This document shows positions 9,972-18,749 of a stretch of 64,000 nucleotides of DNA, piece after piece (position 1 is the first letter of the stretch; each line of letters begins with the position of its first letter). Where the stretch lies: assembly GCA_965224025.1 (NCBI GenBank), contig OZ245033.1, forward strand, positions 867,571 to 931,570. Reading direction: 5' to 3'. The DNA is from Candidatus Multivorans sp. GTDB lineage: Bacteria; Acidobacteriota; Thermoanaerobaculia; Multivoradales; Multivoraceae. Both the position numbers and the translations under genes were made by a program. The notes below the pieces were generated by a model that was not told where the DNA came from, did no database searches, and saw only the letters and a list, made by a program, of their open reading frames with translations.

Positions 9972-10275
9972 CGTTGGCAACGGCTTCGCGACGCCCGTTC
10001 CGTCGATGATCCTGTTGGCGTCCATGACCACCGGTTTCCTGCCCACAATCGTCGCCGGGATCATCGGCGTAGCGCTGTTCTGGCAGTGGGTCTACGTGAG
10101 CTCACTGTACATGGTGAGCTTTTTCATTTCCGGAGGGCACAAGGCCCTCAGCAGACTGGACCTGTTCGTCTGGGTGTGGATGCCGAACACGGTGTGGATA
10201 CTCCTACCCCTGCTGGGACTGTACGTATCCACTCGCCTGATCCTCGACGGGAGCTACGGCGTGTTGGGCCACTGA
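9841..10275 (+). pseudogene. C-terminal three-TM fragment of a membrane protein (no plausible start)
   Basis: The tail of ORF 9712..10275 reads AWADVWAAYCVYDDAYTDR followed by three hydrophobic spans. The N-terminal part of the listed ORF is low-complexity and overlaps the peptidase remnant. Confidence 0.35.
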
Positions 10276-10292
10276 GGCCGGCGCACCCGGCA

Positions 10293-10346
10293 AGGTCGCC
10301 GCTTCGCGGCGCGTTCTCCTCCGCGGGTCAGAAGACCCGCGGCTAC
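10293..10346. repeat. REP-like double hairpin, family A (between convergent genes)
   Basis: AGGTCGCCGCTTCGCGGCGCG..CCGCGGGTC-AGAA-GACCCGCGGCTAC. A near-identical copy lies at 57636..57690. Confidence 0.75.
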
Positions 10347-11710
10347 TGACCGCCGCTCGTCTCGGCTGCCGCGGCTTGCGCCGCTTCCCTCTGCTTACGC
10401 CGGAACTCGCGCAGTTGGTCCATCTGCTCCTTCAACGCATCGGGGACGATGAAAGTGGGCATGTTCGTCTGCTGGCTCGTGTCGGTGAACGTGTAGTGGA
10501 TGAAGCCGACCATCATCTCGTCGGTCGTCGCCTCGCCCCACATCACGTTCGCCGTCGGATCCGGGTTCGCCGGGTTGTCGGCCGAGTTGTCGAACGTGGC
10601 GTCGACGCGAATCGTCGTGCCGGCCGGGATCACCTTGGGCCGCGTCGGCGTGTAGGTGAGCTGCCAGTTGAAGTCGTAGTTCGGCACGTCGAGCAGGACT
10701 TCCTTCTCGCCGTCGGGGTACTCGGCCGTGAACCTCATCGTCTTGCCCCGCAGGTGCATGTGAGGCGTGAAGTCGAAGAGCACCGCCTCGTGCTCGGTGG
10801 TGTATGACGACCACGACTGGTAGTTTCTTTCGCCCGCCGGGATGTTCAGCACCGGATCCACCAGCCACAGGGTCTCCACCACGTTCTCCGGCTTCTCGTC
10901 GTGGAAGTAGAGGCCCATCGTCGTCTGGTCCGTGCCGCCGGTGCCCGCGCCCGGAGTCTTGTGGTAGTGCATCTGGAAGAACATCGTGCTGTTCGGCGGC
11001 ATGCGCATTCCGTGCCCTTCGGCAAACTGAAGCGGAGCGACACCGGGTCCCCAGCCGCTCACGAAGGTGAGGTCCAGGGTACCCGTCCGGCTCTGCACGC
11101 CCGCGAGTGTGGCGTTGGGCGGCGCGAGGTAGGTCAACTGGTGATGCACCGCTTCGACGAATCCGGGATGGATCTCGATCGCCCGGATCCAGCGCTCTTC
11201 GTCGACCGGGTTGTCGACCTGGAGCCACTCGTAGTGATCCTCGACGTCATCGGAGACGTGGAACTCCGGGCCCGTGTAGACGGCGTCCGGCGGTCCGAGC
11301 TTCCAGTCGGAAGAGAAGCTGGGAGGCTCCGGCGCCCGGGAAAGTTCGCCGGCCGGCGCGCCCGCGGTCACCCAACGGTTCAGCGTCTCGATCTCGGCGT
11401 CGGTGAGGCTCGGGTCCTCCACGAACTCTCCGTGCTCCGGGTTTGCGAACCATGGCGGCATGGTCCGGTCGCTCGTGACCTTGCGGATCGACTTCGCCCA
11501 GGGGCGCGTCTCGTCGTAGGTCAGGAGAGACATGGGCGCGGTCTGTCCGGGTCGATGACAACTCACGCAGTTCTCGTGCAGGATCGGAGCGACATGGTCC
11601 GACCAGGTCACCTCAGCGGGGTCTGCCGCGTTGTTGGCTGGCGGCGCCGCGACGACCGCGCTCGCGAGAAACGCGAGGCCGAGAACGAGGTAGGGGAGAC
11701 GGGACTTCAT
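10343..11710 (-). CDS. Secreted heme-c (CxxCH) / copper-monooxygenase-like (PHM/DBH-type) protein
   Basis: Start moved to MKSRLPYLVLGLAFLASAVVA (signal peptide) within ORF 10343..12052. Motifs: CVSCHRPGQTAPMSL, HHQLTY, FQMHYH, FTPHMHLRG. Confidence 0.85.
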   Translation of the reverse strand: MKSRLPYLVLGLAFLASAVVAAPPANNAADPAEVTWSDHVAPILHENCVSCHRPGQTAPMSLLTYDETRPWAKSIRKVTSDRTMPPWFANPEHGEFVEDPSLTDAEIETLNRWVTAGAPAGELSRAPEPPSFSSDWKLGPPDAVYTGPEFHVSDDVEDHYEWLQVDNPVDEERWIRAIEIHPGFVEAVHHQLTYLAPPNATLAGVQSRTGTLDLTFVSGWGPGVAPLQFAEGHGMRMPPNSTMFFQMHYHKTPGAGTGGTDQTTMGLYFHDEKPENVVETLWLVDPVLNIPAGERNYQSWSSYTTEHEAVLFDFTPHMHLRGKTMRFTAEYPDGEKEVLLDVPNYDFNWQLTYTPTRPKVIPAGTTIRVDATFDNSADNPANPDPTANVMWGEATTDEMMVGFIHYTFTDTSQQTNMPTFIVPDALKEQMDQLREFRRKQREAAQAAAAETSGGQ

Positions 11711-11769
11711 GGGATTCTCCTTGCCCGGTTGGAGTCCGGGGGATTGGGGCGAGTGTAGCCCGAGCGCCC

Positions 11770-12557
11770 TCAATCGAAAGCCGTCAGGATCTCCTCGTTG
11801 CCACGCCTCCGGCTGGTTGGGGACGCCGCACAGGATGATCTCCTTGGCGCCTGCCTCGATACTACTGCAGCAGGTCCTGAATGTAGGAGGCGGTGCCCCA
11901 GCAGTACCAGGGCCGGCCGGGCGACTTTGCGGCTTCCTGGTCGTTGGCGAAGAGCCGGAAGGGCGGGGCGACCGTCCGTTTGATGTCCGCCGGATCGCGG
12001 TCGGCGTCCCCGCAGTGACTGTCGAGGACCTCCTGCCTGTGGCGGAAGACATCGACGCCGCCGGGGTGCCAGAAGTCCAGGTTGCTGATGTCGCCGTACC
12101 GGGCGCAGGTGCGGAGCGTCCTCTTCTCGCCGTTGCCGCCGATCAGGATCGGAATGTGGGCCTTCCGGGTAGAACGCGGCCGGGTCGAACCAGGCGGCGC
12201 CGATCCCCAGCTCCATGCGTCCGCCGCTGATGTGGTCGACGCTGGCGTATATCTTCGCCAGCAATGCCGGATTGCGGTAGGTGATGCCGCAGGCGAGGGT
12301 TCCGAGCCGCACACGTTCGGTCAACACAGCAGCCGCGGTCACCAGGTCCAGACCTCGATCGCCGACTTGTTTTCGGAGGTGGGATCGGCCGGCGGCAGGA
12401 AGTGGTCCGAGAACCACCGGCTGCTCCAACTGCCGTTCTCGATCGTCCGAACAGTAGCCTCGATCCGTGGCCACGGCAGGCGGTAGCTGCTGAGCTGGGC
12501 GCCGAACCCGGTTGGCGCGCCTCGCGCCAACCGTGAACCGGTCCGTGCGCCCGTCAT
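11770..12557 (-). pseudogene. Luciferase-like (LLM/F420-type) oxidoreductase, multiply frameshifted with an internal deletion
   Basis: Pieces lie in different frames. N-terminus: FGAQLSSYRLPWPRIEATVRTIENGSWSSRWFSDHF (ORF 12339..12557). Middle: LDLVTAAAVLTERVRLGTLACGITYRNPALLAKIYASVDHISGGRMELGIGAAWFDP (ORF 11770..12621). C-terminal part: AHIPILIGGNGEKRTLRTCARYGDISN (ORF 11862..12314). Tail: IEAGAKEIILCG, then NEEILTAFD* in other frames. Confidence 0.75.
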
Positions 12558-12570
12558 CGGGCGCTCGGCT
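12501..12570. repeat. REP/MITE-like element, family B copy
   Basis: GAACCCGGTTGGCGCG-CCT-CGCGCCAACCGTGAACC followed by CCGTGCGCCCG-TCAT-CGGGCGCTCGG. It sits at the junction of two gene remnants. Confidence 0.75.
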
Positions 12571-12607
12571 GCACTTCCATGGCCCGAAGCTACTCTGAAG
12601 TGGTACG

Positions 12608-13085
12608 TTGTTCCAAGTCAATCCCTGGTTCGAGGATCAGTTCGTGCGCGGCAAGCAGACCGGGCTGATCTCGGCCCTGCTCGATGACGATCTGGAGCCG
12701 GCGGCTGCCTGCTGGTTCGATCGCATTCCCGGCGAGACGTCGGGGATCAAGCCCCACTTCGACGCCATCGGGCACCGGCGTAAGGGTGCGACCATGTGGG
12801 TCGCCCTCGACCGGGCGGACCGGGAGAACGGTTGTCTCTACTACGCGAAGGGCGCGCACCGGCAGAAGCTGCCGAGCCAGATCGGCCTGGAGGGCTTCGG
12901 CTCGGACTCCGAGGAGGCGGTCGCGATCGAAGGTCGAGCCGGGCGACGCCGTCATTCACAGCTCGCTCACGGCGCACTGGTCGGAAGCGAACCGCAGCCA
13001 GCGTCCGCGCCAGGCGATCACCTCCTTCTACTGGGCAGCCTCGTCCCAGGGGGATGCGGGCGGCGCCAACTCGATACGGCGGTAA
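12608..13085 (+). pseudogene. Phytanoyl-CoA dioxygenase (PhyH)-family remnant: 5'-truncated and frameshifted near 12928
   Basis: ORF 12608..13321 starts as IKPHFDAIGHRRKGATMWVALDRADRENGCLYYAKGAHRQ. The C-terminal VEPGDAVIHSSLTAHWSEANRSQRPRQAITSFYW lies in the frame of ORF 12684..13085. Confidence 0.7.
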
Positions 13086-13358
13086 ATCGACGCGGGAGCC
13101 ATTCAGGGAGCGGTCACGGGCAAGCCGAGTTTCTACGTCGTCGTGTCCCGCCCTTTCATTGCCGAGAACGAAGACATCTCGACTGTTGTTTGCGCTCCGC
13201 TCTATCGAGAGCACCTGGGCCCTTCGACAAAGGTCGCCGTGGGCGCGGCCGATGGCCTGCCAACAGACTGTTCGATCCGCTGCGACTCCTTAGCTCTGAT
13301 GTTCAAGTCGAAGCTCACTGACTTCGTTGCGGAACTGCCGCCCGCCAGGCTGGGTTGA
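13086..13358 (+). pseudogene. PemK/MazF-like toxin fragment (no proper N-terminus, no antitoxin)
   Basis: The frame is open from the stop at 13083: GKPSFYVVVSRPFIAENEDISTVVCAPLY..ADGLPTDCSIRCDSLALMFKSKLTDFVAELPPARL, which resembles the core and C-terminus of MazF/PemK toxins. Only a GTG at 13143 is available as a start. Confidence 0.45.
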
Positions 13359-13592
13359 TCGCTCCGGTGTCGTCGTAGTCGAAACGAACCCTTGACCCCC
13401 CCGAATCCTGCCGCGAGCCTGCTGCTGGGAAGGTTCGTGGGGCACGCCGAACACGTCGTAGTGGCCGCCCGCGCACAGGGCATCGCCCGGAGCCCCGGGT
13501 GCGAGCAGCGTGCTCTTCCCGGCGGCGTCTGCTGGCGCCGAGCAGGAGTAAACGGTCTCCGTCGGGCGGTGTGCCGGTGCTAGGCTGCCTCT

Positions 13593-13820
13593 GTGAGCGG
13601 CGTCGAAGAGCGGTATCGCGAGGCGATTGCTAGCTGGTCGGGACTGCAGCGGGTCGAGAGGTCGGCAGGCCTGTTCTCGGAGGTGCGGGAGATGCTCGCG
13701 CGCAAGATCGTGGCCAGCAATCCGCGGTTGGCGCCGCCCGAAGTGACGAGGCGAGTTGCCGAACAGCTCTATCGGTCGGACCGCGAGACGCTGCGCCTGC
13801 TGTCGCTTCTCGATTCATGA
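13593..13820 (+). CDS. Small hypothetical protein, translationally coupled to the next ORF
   Basis: 75-aa ORF. Its stop overlaps the next start (ATGA at 13817-13820). Confidence 0.4.
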   Translation: MSGVEERYREAIASWSGLQRVERSAGLFSEVREMLARKIVASNPRLAPPEVTRRVAEQLYRSDRETLRLLSLLDS

Positions 13821-14125
13821 AGGTCGGCGGGCTGCGCCTCGTCCTGGAGGCGGTGGTCACGGTGCTTCAGGGCCGGAACATCCCGTATCACGTCACTGGC
13901 GGACTGGTTTCGTCGTTCTACGGCGAACCGCGTTTGACCCAGGACGTCGACTTCGTCGTCCGGCTTACGCCGTCGGATGCCGGAGCTCTTTCGGGAGAGC
14001 TGAGTCGCGAGTTCTTGCTTGATCGTGAGCGGGTGGCCCGAGCTGTAGAGGCCGGTGGCATATTCCAGGCCCTTCACCGAGAGCTGATGATCAAGGCCGA
14101 CGACACGTCATGCTCCGGCGGATAG
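13817..14125 (+). CDS. Minimal nucleotidyltransferase-fold-like protein, probably C-terminally truncated
   Basis: TGGLVSSFYGEPRLTQDVDFVV fits the GG-x(n)-DxD NTase signature. The ORF ends abruptly (..IKADDTSCSGG*). Confidence 0.4.
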   Translation: MKVGGLRLVLEAVVTVLQGRNIPYHVTGGLVSSFYGEPRLTQDVDFVVRLTPSDAGALSGELSREFLLDRERVARAVEAGGIFQALHRELMIKADDTSCSGG

Positions 14126-14145
14126 AGGAGACAGGAGGCGAACCG

Positions 14146-14358
14146 ATGTCGGCGATCAAGATCAGCTCGAAGGTGGACGAGGCGGCCTGGAGCGAACTCC
14201 ACGACCTGGCGAAGGAAACCAGGCGGACCGTTTCAGGACTGCTATCCGAGGCGGTGGAGGAATACCTGGCCCGGCGCCGCGTACGGCCGGATGTGCTCCG
14301 GCATCTGGAGGACTCGATGCGCGAGAACGACGAGCTGGGAAAGCTCCTCGCGCGGTAG
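14146..14358 (+). CDS. CopG/RHH-type antitoxin (Phd-like role)
   Basis: Internal start MSAIKISSKVDEAAWSELHDLAKETRRTVSGLLSEAVEEYLARRR within ORF 14110..14358. It lies immediately upstream of the Doc-like fragment. Confidence 0.65.
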   Translation: MSAIKISSKVDEAAWSELHDLAKETRRTVSGLLSEAVEEYLARRRVRPDVLRHLEDSMRENDELGKLLAR

Positions 14359-14379
14359 CGCGTTCTCCGTCAGCGATCG

Positions 14380-14530
14380 ATGGACAGGGTCCAGGTCCTT
14401 ACGCTCGACGAACTGCTGGCGGTCCACGAACGCCTCATCGTGCGCTTCGGCGGCTCAACCGGCGCGCGCGACCTTGGTCTGGCTGAGAGTGCGCTCTTCC
14501 GGCCGCAGTCGGGCTACTACGAAGACGTGG
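14380..14530 (+). pseudogene. Doc/Fic toxin N-terminal fragment
   Basis: VQVLTLDELLAVHERLIVRFGGSTGARDLGLAESALFRPQSGYYEDV matches the Doc N-terminus. The HPFxDGNKR core is absent in all frames, and the rest of ORF 14380..14886 is low-complexity. Confidence 0.6.
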
Positions 14531-15184
14531 TGGCCCCTGGACCGGCTCGCCGACCACTACTCGCTCGCCACCATGCAGGCGATCTTCAAGCCGGCCGGGG
14601 CGATCCTGTTCTGGTACTGCCTGTCGGCCTACCGGAAGGCGATGGAAGAAGCGGGGACGTGGGAGGTGGATTGAGGGGGCGGTGGTGGTCGGGCCGCGAC
14701 GATCAGAGCACCTCCCAGCGGCGAGCATCAAGAGCAGGATGGAGCGCCGTGCCCGGCAGAAGAGCCCGCGCATCATTTGGGGGCGTCAGGTTTGGCGTCA
14801 CCCGTGCAGCGGTCCGGCCCTTTGCGGCTATGATCGCCGACAAGGTGCATGTGGCCCGTAGGAGAGTGGAGCGAGCGCTTGGCTGACGAACATGTGTTCC
14901 AGGATCCCTGAATCCGCCGTACGCAGCAGTTGGTCCGATAGAGTCGAGGATTCGCCATGCTCCCGCTGGCGAGCCGCAACAATCCAGCAACTTCCATCAC
15001 AGAGGCGACATGAGCAAACCGTCGAATCGGCGCGTAGCGTCAGGCAGTGCGGCCAAACGGAGACCCTCGCGACCGGCTCAGCCGGACGATTGGTGGCGAC
15101 AGGATGGGCGTGCGCTTCGCGGCGACTGGGTGGTAGTCGGGCGGGACATCCGCAAGTCGTTGGAACGCTTCGCGGAGGAGAACG

Positions 15185-15550
15185 ATGCCCAGGAAGAAGC
15201 AGGGGTCGCTACAGAGGCAGCGACCTCAGCGTGACGATGGCGTAGCCGTCACGTCTCGGCAGGTTGAGGTCAGCGAGTTCACAGCTGGGCCTCTCCCACA
15301 TCCAGAGTTGTATGGCGGATACGAGCAGGTGCTCCCCGGTTCGGCAGATCGAATCGTGGGCATGGCGGAGGACGAGGGCCGGCAACGCCGCCTCCGGAAG
15401 ATGATTCTGACTGTGGCGGTTGCGGTCGCGGTGGTGTCCGGAGTTACCGTTGGCGGAATCCTGCTCTACAGAGGCGAAGACTTGGCGGCAGGTCTACCTG
15501 TTCTGGGTGTCGCGGTGGTCGCCGTGGCGTTCAAGGACCTGCTTCACTAG
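15185..15550 (+). CDS. DUF2335-like membrane protein
   Basis: FTAGPLPHPELYGGYEQVLPGSADRIVGMAEDEGRQRR followed by two TM segments. This family is often found on mobile or phage DNA. The upstream 74-aa ORF 15010..15234 overlaps it and is unsupported. Confidence 0.65.
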   Translation: MPRKKQGSLQRQRPQRDDGVAVTSRQVEVSEFTAGPLPHPELYGGYEQVLPGSADRIVGMAEDEGRQRRLRKMILTVAVAVAVVSGVTVGGILLYRGEDLAAGLPVLGVAVVAVAFKDLLH

Positions 15551-15621
15551 CGGCGCGGGTCCCGACACCGGTACCCGGTCGCGGAACCTGTCAACGACTT
15601 TGACACAGCGGTGTTCTGGAT

Positions 15622-17106
15622 TTAGTGAGTCGTCTCTGCAGTCTTGTTGTGGGGCTTGTTGATCCAGACGGTTTGGGGTAGTGGCGTGTGCATCGGTTCG
15701 CCGCCGACGAATCGTTCGGGATGGCGTTCCCAGGCGGCCCGCAGGATGCGCTGGCGGTTCTCGATGACGGCTTGCGCCCGGCCGTAGTGGACGGTCTCTG
15801 GTGTGAGCATGGCGATGCCGGCATGGTGGTGTTCGGTGTTGTACCAGGGGAAGAACGATCTGCAGTAGTCGGTCGCGGCGTCCTGGCAGTTGAAGCGTCT
15901 GGGGAAGTCGGGGTGGTACTTGAGGGTCTTGAACTGGGCTTCGGAGTAGGGGTTGTCGTCGCTGACCCGAGGGCGTCCCAGGGACCGGTTGACGCCGAGG
16001 CGGGCGAGCAGTTGGGCGGTACCCTGACTGGTCATGGGCGATCCTCGATCGGAGTGCAGTGTGAGGATGTCTGGCTTGACGCCGTGCTTGAGGCGGGTTT
16101 CCTCGATGAGTCTCTGGGCGAGCGCGGAGTTCTCGCGGTCGGCGACCATCCAGCCGACCGCGTAGCGGCTGAAGAGGTCGAGCAGGACGTAGAGGTAGTA
16201 GTAGGTCCAGGTCTTGGGGCCGAGCAGCCTGGCGATGTCCCAGGACCAGACCTGGTTGGGCGCCGTGGCGACCAGTTCCGGCTTGGCGTACGACGGGTGG
16301 ACGCGCTGATTGCGGCGGTCCCTCACCGGGTGGTTCGCTTCGAGGATGCGGTACATCGTGCGCTCCGAGCACGGGTACCGGCCCTCGTCGAGCAGGGTGG
16401 CCACTACTTCTCCCGGCGAACGATCAACGAAACGAGGCGACGCAAGCGTGGCCTCGACCCGTTTCCGCTCGGCCTTGCTCAGTGCCCGGGCGGGCGTGGG
16501 TCGGGGCTGCTGACGCCCGGGAACGGGCCTCGCTCTGCGGTAGAACGTCGATCGCGACACGCCCAGCGCCCGGCACGCCGGCGCGATGCCGACCTGCCGG
16601 GCCAGGGACCTTGCCGCCATCAGCAGTCCTTCCCGTCTTCGAGGCTGAATCCCAGCAGCCCTGCAACTTTTCCCTGGACGTCCAGGATCGTGTGTGCGGC
16701 GGCGAGTTCCTTCTCCAGCCGCTTCACCTTCGCCTCCAGCCGCTTCACCTTCGGCGTCAGAGGGTTGGCCTCGGCCGGCTTGCGGCCCCGCTTCTTCGGA
16801 CTCAGACCGGATAGCGCGCCCTCTCGACGCGCCTTGCGCCAGTTGGCCAGATGGGAGCTGTACCAGACCCTCTCGCCGAAGCAGCCGACCCACCTCGCCG
16901 CGGTGGGTGCATCGGTCCGCTGCCTCCAGAATCCGCAGCCGGTACTCCGCCGTGAACTGCCGCCTGGTCGGTCTCGCCAGCACTTCCGGGTCGGGAACCG
17001 CCCCGGCGGGCGCCGCGCCGGCCGGGGGGGCCTCGTCGCTACGCTCCTCAACCCCCGCGGCCGGGAGCTCCGAGCCGCCGCCAAACCTCTGCTTTCGTCT
17101 TGACAT
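15622..17106 (-). pseudogene. IS3 transposase orfA-orfB
   Basis: OrfA: MSRRKQ..RRQFTAEYRLRILEAADRC..GRLLRREGL, then YSSHLANWRKARREGALSGL..VKRLEKELAAAHTILDVQGKVAGLLG in a different frame (extra G near 16863). OrfB: ..WSWDIARL..YLYVLLDLFSRYAVGW..HSDRGSPMTS..SDDNPYSEAQFKTLKY. The 504-aa track ORF reads through a wrong-frame middle section. Confidence 0.8.
16668..16674 (-). promoter_or_regulatory. Candidate programmed -1 frameshift heptamer G_GGA_AAA of the IS3 element
   Basis: In the orfA frame the sequence is CAG GGA AAA GTT. Slipping -1 gives GKSCRAAGIQPRRREGLLMAARSL, which runs directly into OrfB. Confidence 0.6.
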
Positions 17107-17284
17107 TGATCCTCCTTGCCAACGCGTGCCCTCCACTATTCAACGGGATGGCCGCTGTGTCATGTACGTTGGCAGAGAGGGGTTCGGGCGTCGGTCGTTG
17201 CGTTGGCACCGGGCGTCGCTCGCTCGAAGTCCACTGGTACCCCTCCCCCACGACGACCGGACGGGCTGAACGGCGTCGAACGCC

Positions 17285-17974
17285 CTACTTCAAGGACTCC
17301 GCTTCGCGCCAGAGGGACTTGCCGTCCGCGTAGTGCTCCCGTTTCCAGATCGGCACTTCGGCTTTGAGACGCTCTAGAGCAAAACGACTCGTCTCGTAGG
17401 CCTGCCGGCGGTGAGCGGAGGCGGTGGCGATCACCACACTGGCGTCGCCGACTTCCAGCGTTCCCAGACCGTGGACGATCTCGACGCGGGTTCCCGGTTC
17501 CTCGACCTCGAGTTCGCGCACGATCCGCTCCAGGCGGCGTTCGGCCATCGCGGGATAGGCGGAGTAGGTGATCCGCTCGACCGGACGGCCGCCGAAGGAG
17601 TTGCGGACGTTGCCGACGAAAACGACGACGGCTCCTTTGCCCGAGTCTTCGACGCTTGCTCGAACCGCCTCCACAGTGTCCGCGTCGACAGCACCGTCCC
17701 GCAGCCGGCCAGCACCAGCGCCGCACGATCCGCCGGACACCGGCGGCAGGAGGGCGACTTCGGCGCCGTTGTGGAGGGGAGCGGTCCGGTCTCCGGCCAC
17801 TTCCCCGTCTACGGCAATCGCCAGCCTCGGCCACAGCGACTCCAGACCCGGATACGCCGCGCTCAGGCGCTCGATCAGGTCGGCGATCGTGTTGCCGTCC
17901 GGGAGTTCGACTTCCGTCTCGGCGCCGCCGACGGCGTCCAAGGCGGTGGCGAAGCTCAGCACCCGTACGATCAA
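17285..17974 (-). CDS. moaDE: Molybdopterin synthase MoaD-MoaE fusion (start uncertain; TTG at 17974 proposed)
   Basis: MoaD part: IVRVLSFATALDAVGG..AEVALLPPVSGG. A short linker follows, then the MoaE part: GAVVVFVGNVRN..SVVIATASAHRRQAYETSRFALERLKAEVPIWKRE. The longer ORF to 18151 would overlap the divergent HAD gene. Confidence 0.85.
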   Translation of the reverse strand: MIVRVLSFATALDAVGGAETEVELPDGNTIADLIERLSAAYPGLESLWPRLAIAVDGEVAGDRTAPLHNGAEVALLPPVSGGSCGAGAGRLRDGAVDADTVEAVRASVEDSGKGAVVVFVGNVRNSFGGRPVERITYSAYPAMAERRLERIVRELEVEEPGTRVEIVHGLGTLEVGDASVVIATASAHRRQAYETSRFALERLKAEVPIWKREHYADGKSLWREAESLK

Positions 17975-18044
17975 GACACGGAAGGCTAACAGTCGCCGCC
18001 CCTGCGGATAGTCTCCCCGCCTACTTCTGAACTCCGGAAACGCG

Positions 18045-18749
18045 ATGCGGCTCCTGCTCTTCGACATCGACGGCACCCTGGTTCGCTGCGGCCCACAGAT
18101 CGGGCCCATCTTCATGGGCGCTCTGAAGCGCACCTTCGGCCAGACGGGCAATGTCCGGGCTTACGACTTCGGCGGCAGGACGGACACCGAAGCGGTGATC
18201 GACCTGATGACCGGGGCCGGCATCCCGCGGGGCGAGGTCGAGGGTCGCATGGACGAAGTGCGTTCGCACTACACCGATCTGCTCGACCGGCTCGATCCAA
18301 AGAAGATGAGGCTGCTGCCCGGCGTGGTCGAACTCCTCGAGGAGCTGGCCCATGTGGAGGACACGTGCGTGGGTCTGCTCACCGGCAATTGGGAGGTCGG
18401 CGCCCGGGCCAAGCTCGAACCCTTCGGCCTGAACCGGTTCTTCGACTTCGGCGCTTTCGGCGAGGACGGCGTGCGGCGCAACGAACTGGTGCCGATTGCG
18501 GTCGCGCGAGCCGCTGAGCGGCTGGGCTCGCCCCCGGAAGCGAGGGATGTCGTGATCATCGGCGACACGGTGCGCGATGTCGCCTGCGGCGAGGCGCACG
18601 GCGTGCCCGTGCTGGGCGTAGCCACCGGTTTCACACCCGACCACCGCCTGCACGAAGCCGGCGCCGATTGGGTGGCACCCGACCTCCGCCACGCAACCGC
18701 CCGGAGGCTGCTGCTGGACGGTCGGCATGCCGGCCCCGAACTGCCATGA
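18045..18749 (+). CDS. HAD-superfamily hydrolase (phosphoglycolate-phosphatase-like)
   Basis: MRLLLFDIDGTL (DxDGT motif), LLTGNW and VIIGDTVRDV. Confidence 0.9.
   Translation: MRLLLFDIDGTLVRCGPQIGPIFMGALKRTFGQTGNVRAYDFGGRTDTEAVIDLMTGAGIPRGEVEGRMDEVRSHYTDLLDRLDPKKMRLLPGVVELLEELAHVEDTCVGLLTGNWEVGARAKLEPFGLNRFFDFGAFGEDGVRRNELVPIAVARAAERLGSPPEARDVVIIGDTVRDVACGEAHGVPVLGVATGFTPDHRLHEAGADWVAPDLRHATARRLLLDGRHAGPELP

Larger units (their letters stand above)
15601..17162 (-). mobile_element. IS3-family insertion sequence (orfA/orfB with a -1 frameshift site); orfA carries a frame-breaking extra base
   Basis: The ends are TGACACAGCGG (15601-15611) and CCGCTGTGTCA (17152-17162), an 11-bp perfect inverted repeat of TG..CA type. 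The interior has the OrfA HTH/leucine-zipper and OrfB DDE layout. No clear target duplication was seen. Confidence 0.85.

Noticed and set aside
10343-12052. 569-aa version of the monooxygenase-like ORF.
   Set aside because: The first 114 residues are low-complexity and run into the LLM pseudogene tail. A canonical signal peptide begins at the internal Met (11710).
13400-13560. Walker-A-like APADAAGKST on the minus strand.
   Set aside because: No start codon is present, the surrounding sequence lacks the beta-strand/helix pattern of P-loop NTPases, and nothing downstream resembles a Walker B. It is probably chance or an unrecognisable remnant.
14435-14776. Minus-strand ORF starting MMRGLFCRARRSILLLMLAAGRCSD (signal/lipobox-like).
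   Set aside because: After about 25 residues the sequence becomes Arg/Pro-rich noise. It overlaps the Doc-remnant region and has no supporting features.
15010-15234. 74-aa ORF upstream of the DUF2335 gene.
   Set aside because: It overlaps the DUF2335 start by 50 nt, has a basic low-complexity N-terminus and belongs to no recognisable family. It is left unannotated.
15622-17136. 504-aa ORF that looks like a single fused IS3 transposase.
   Set aside because: Residues about 95-170 (QLPSGQLAQGASRGRAIRSE..) are orfA read in the wrong frame. The continuity comes from a 1-nt insertion plus the natural -1 overlap.
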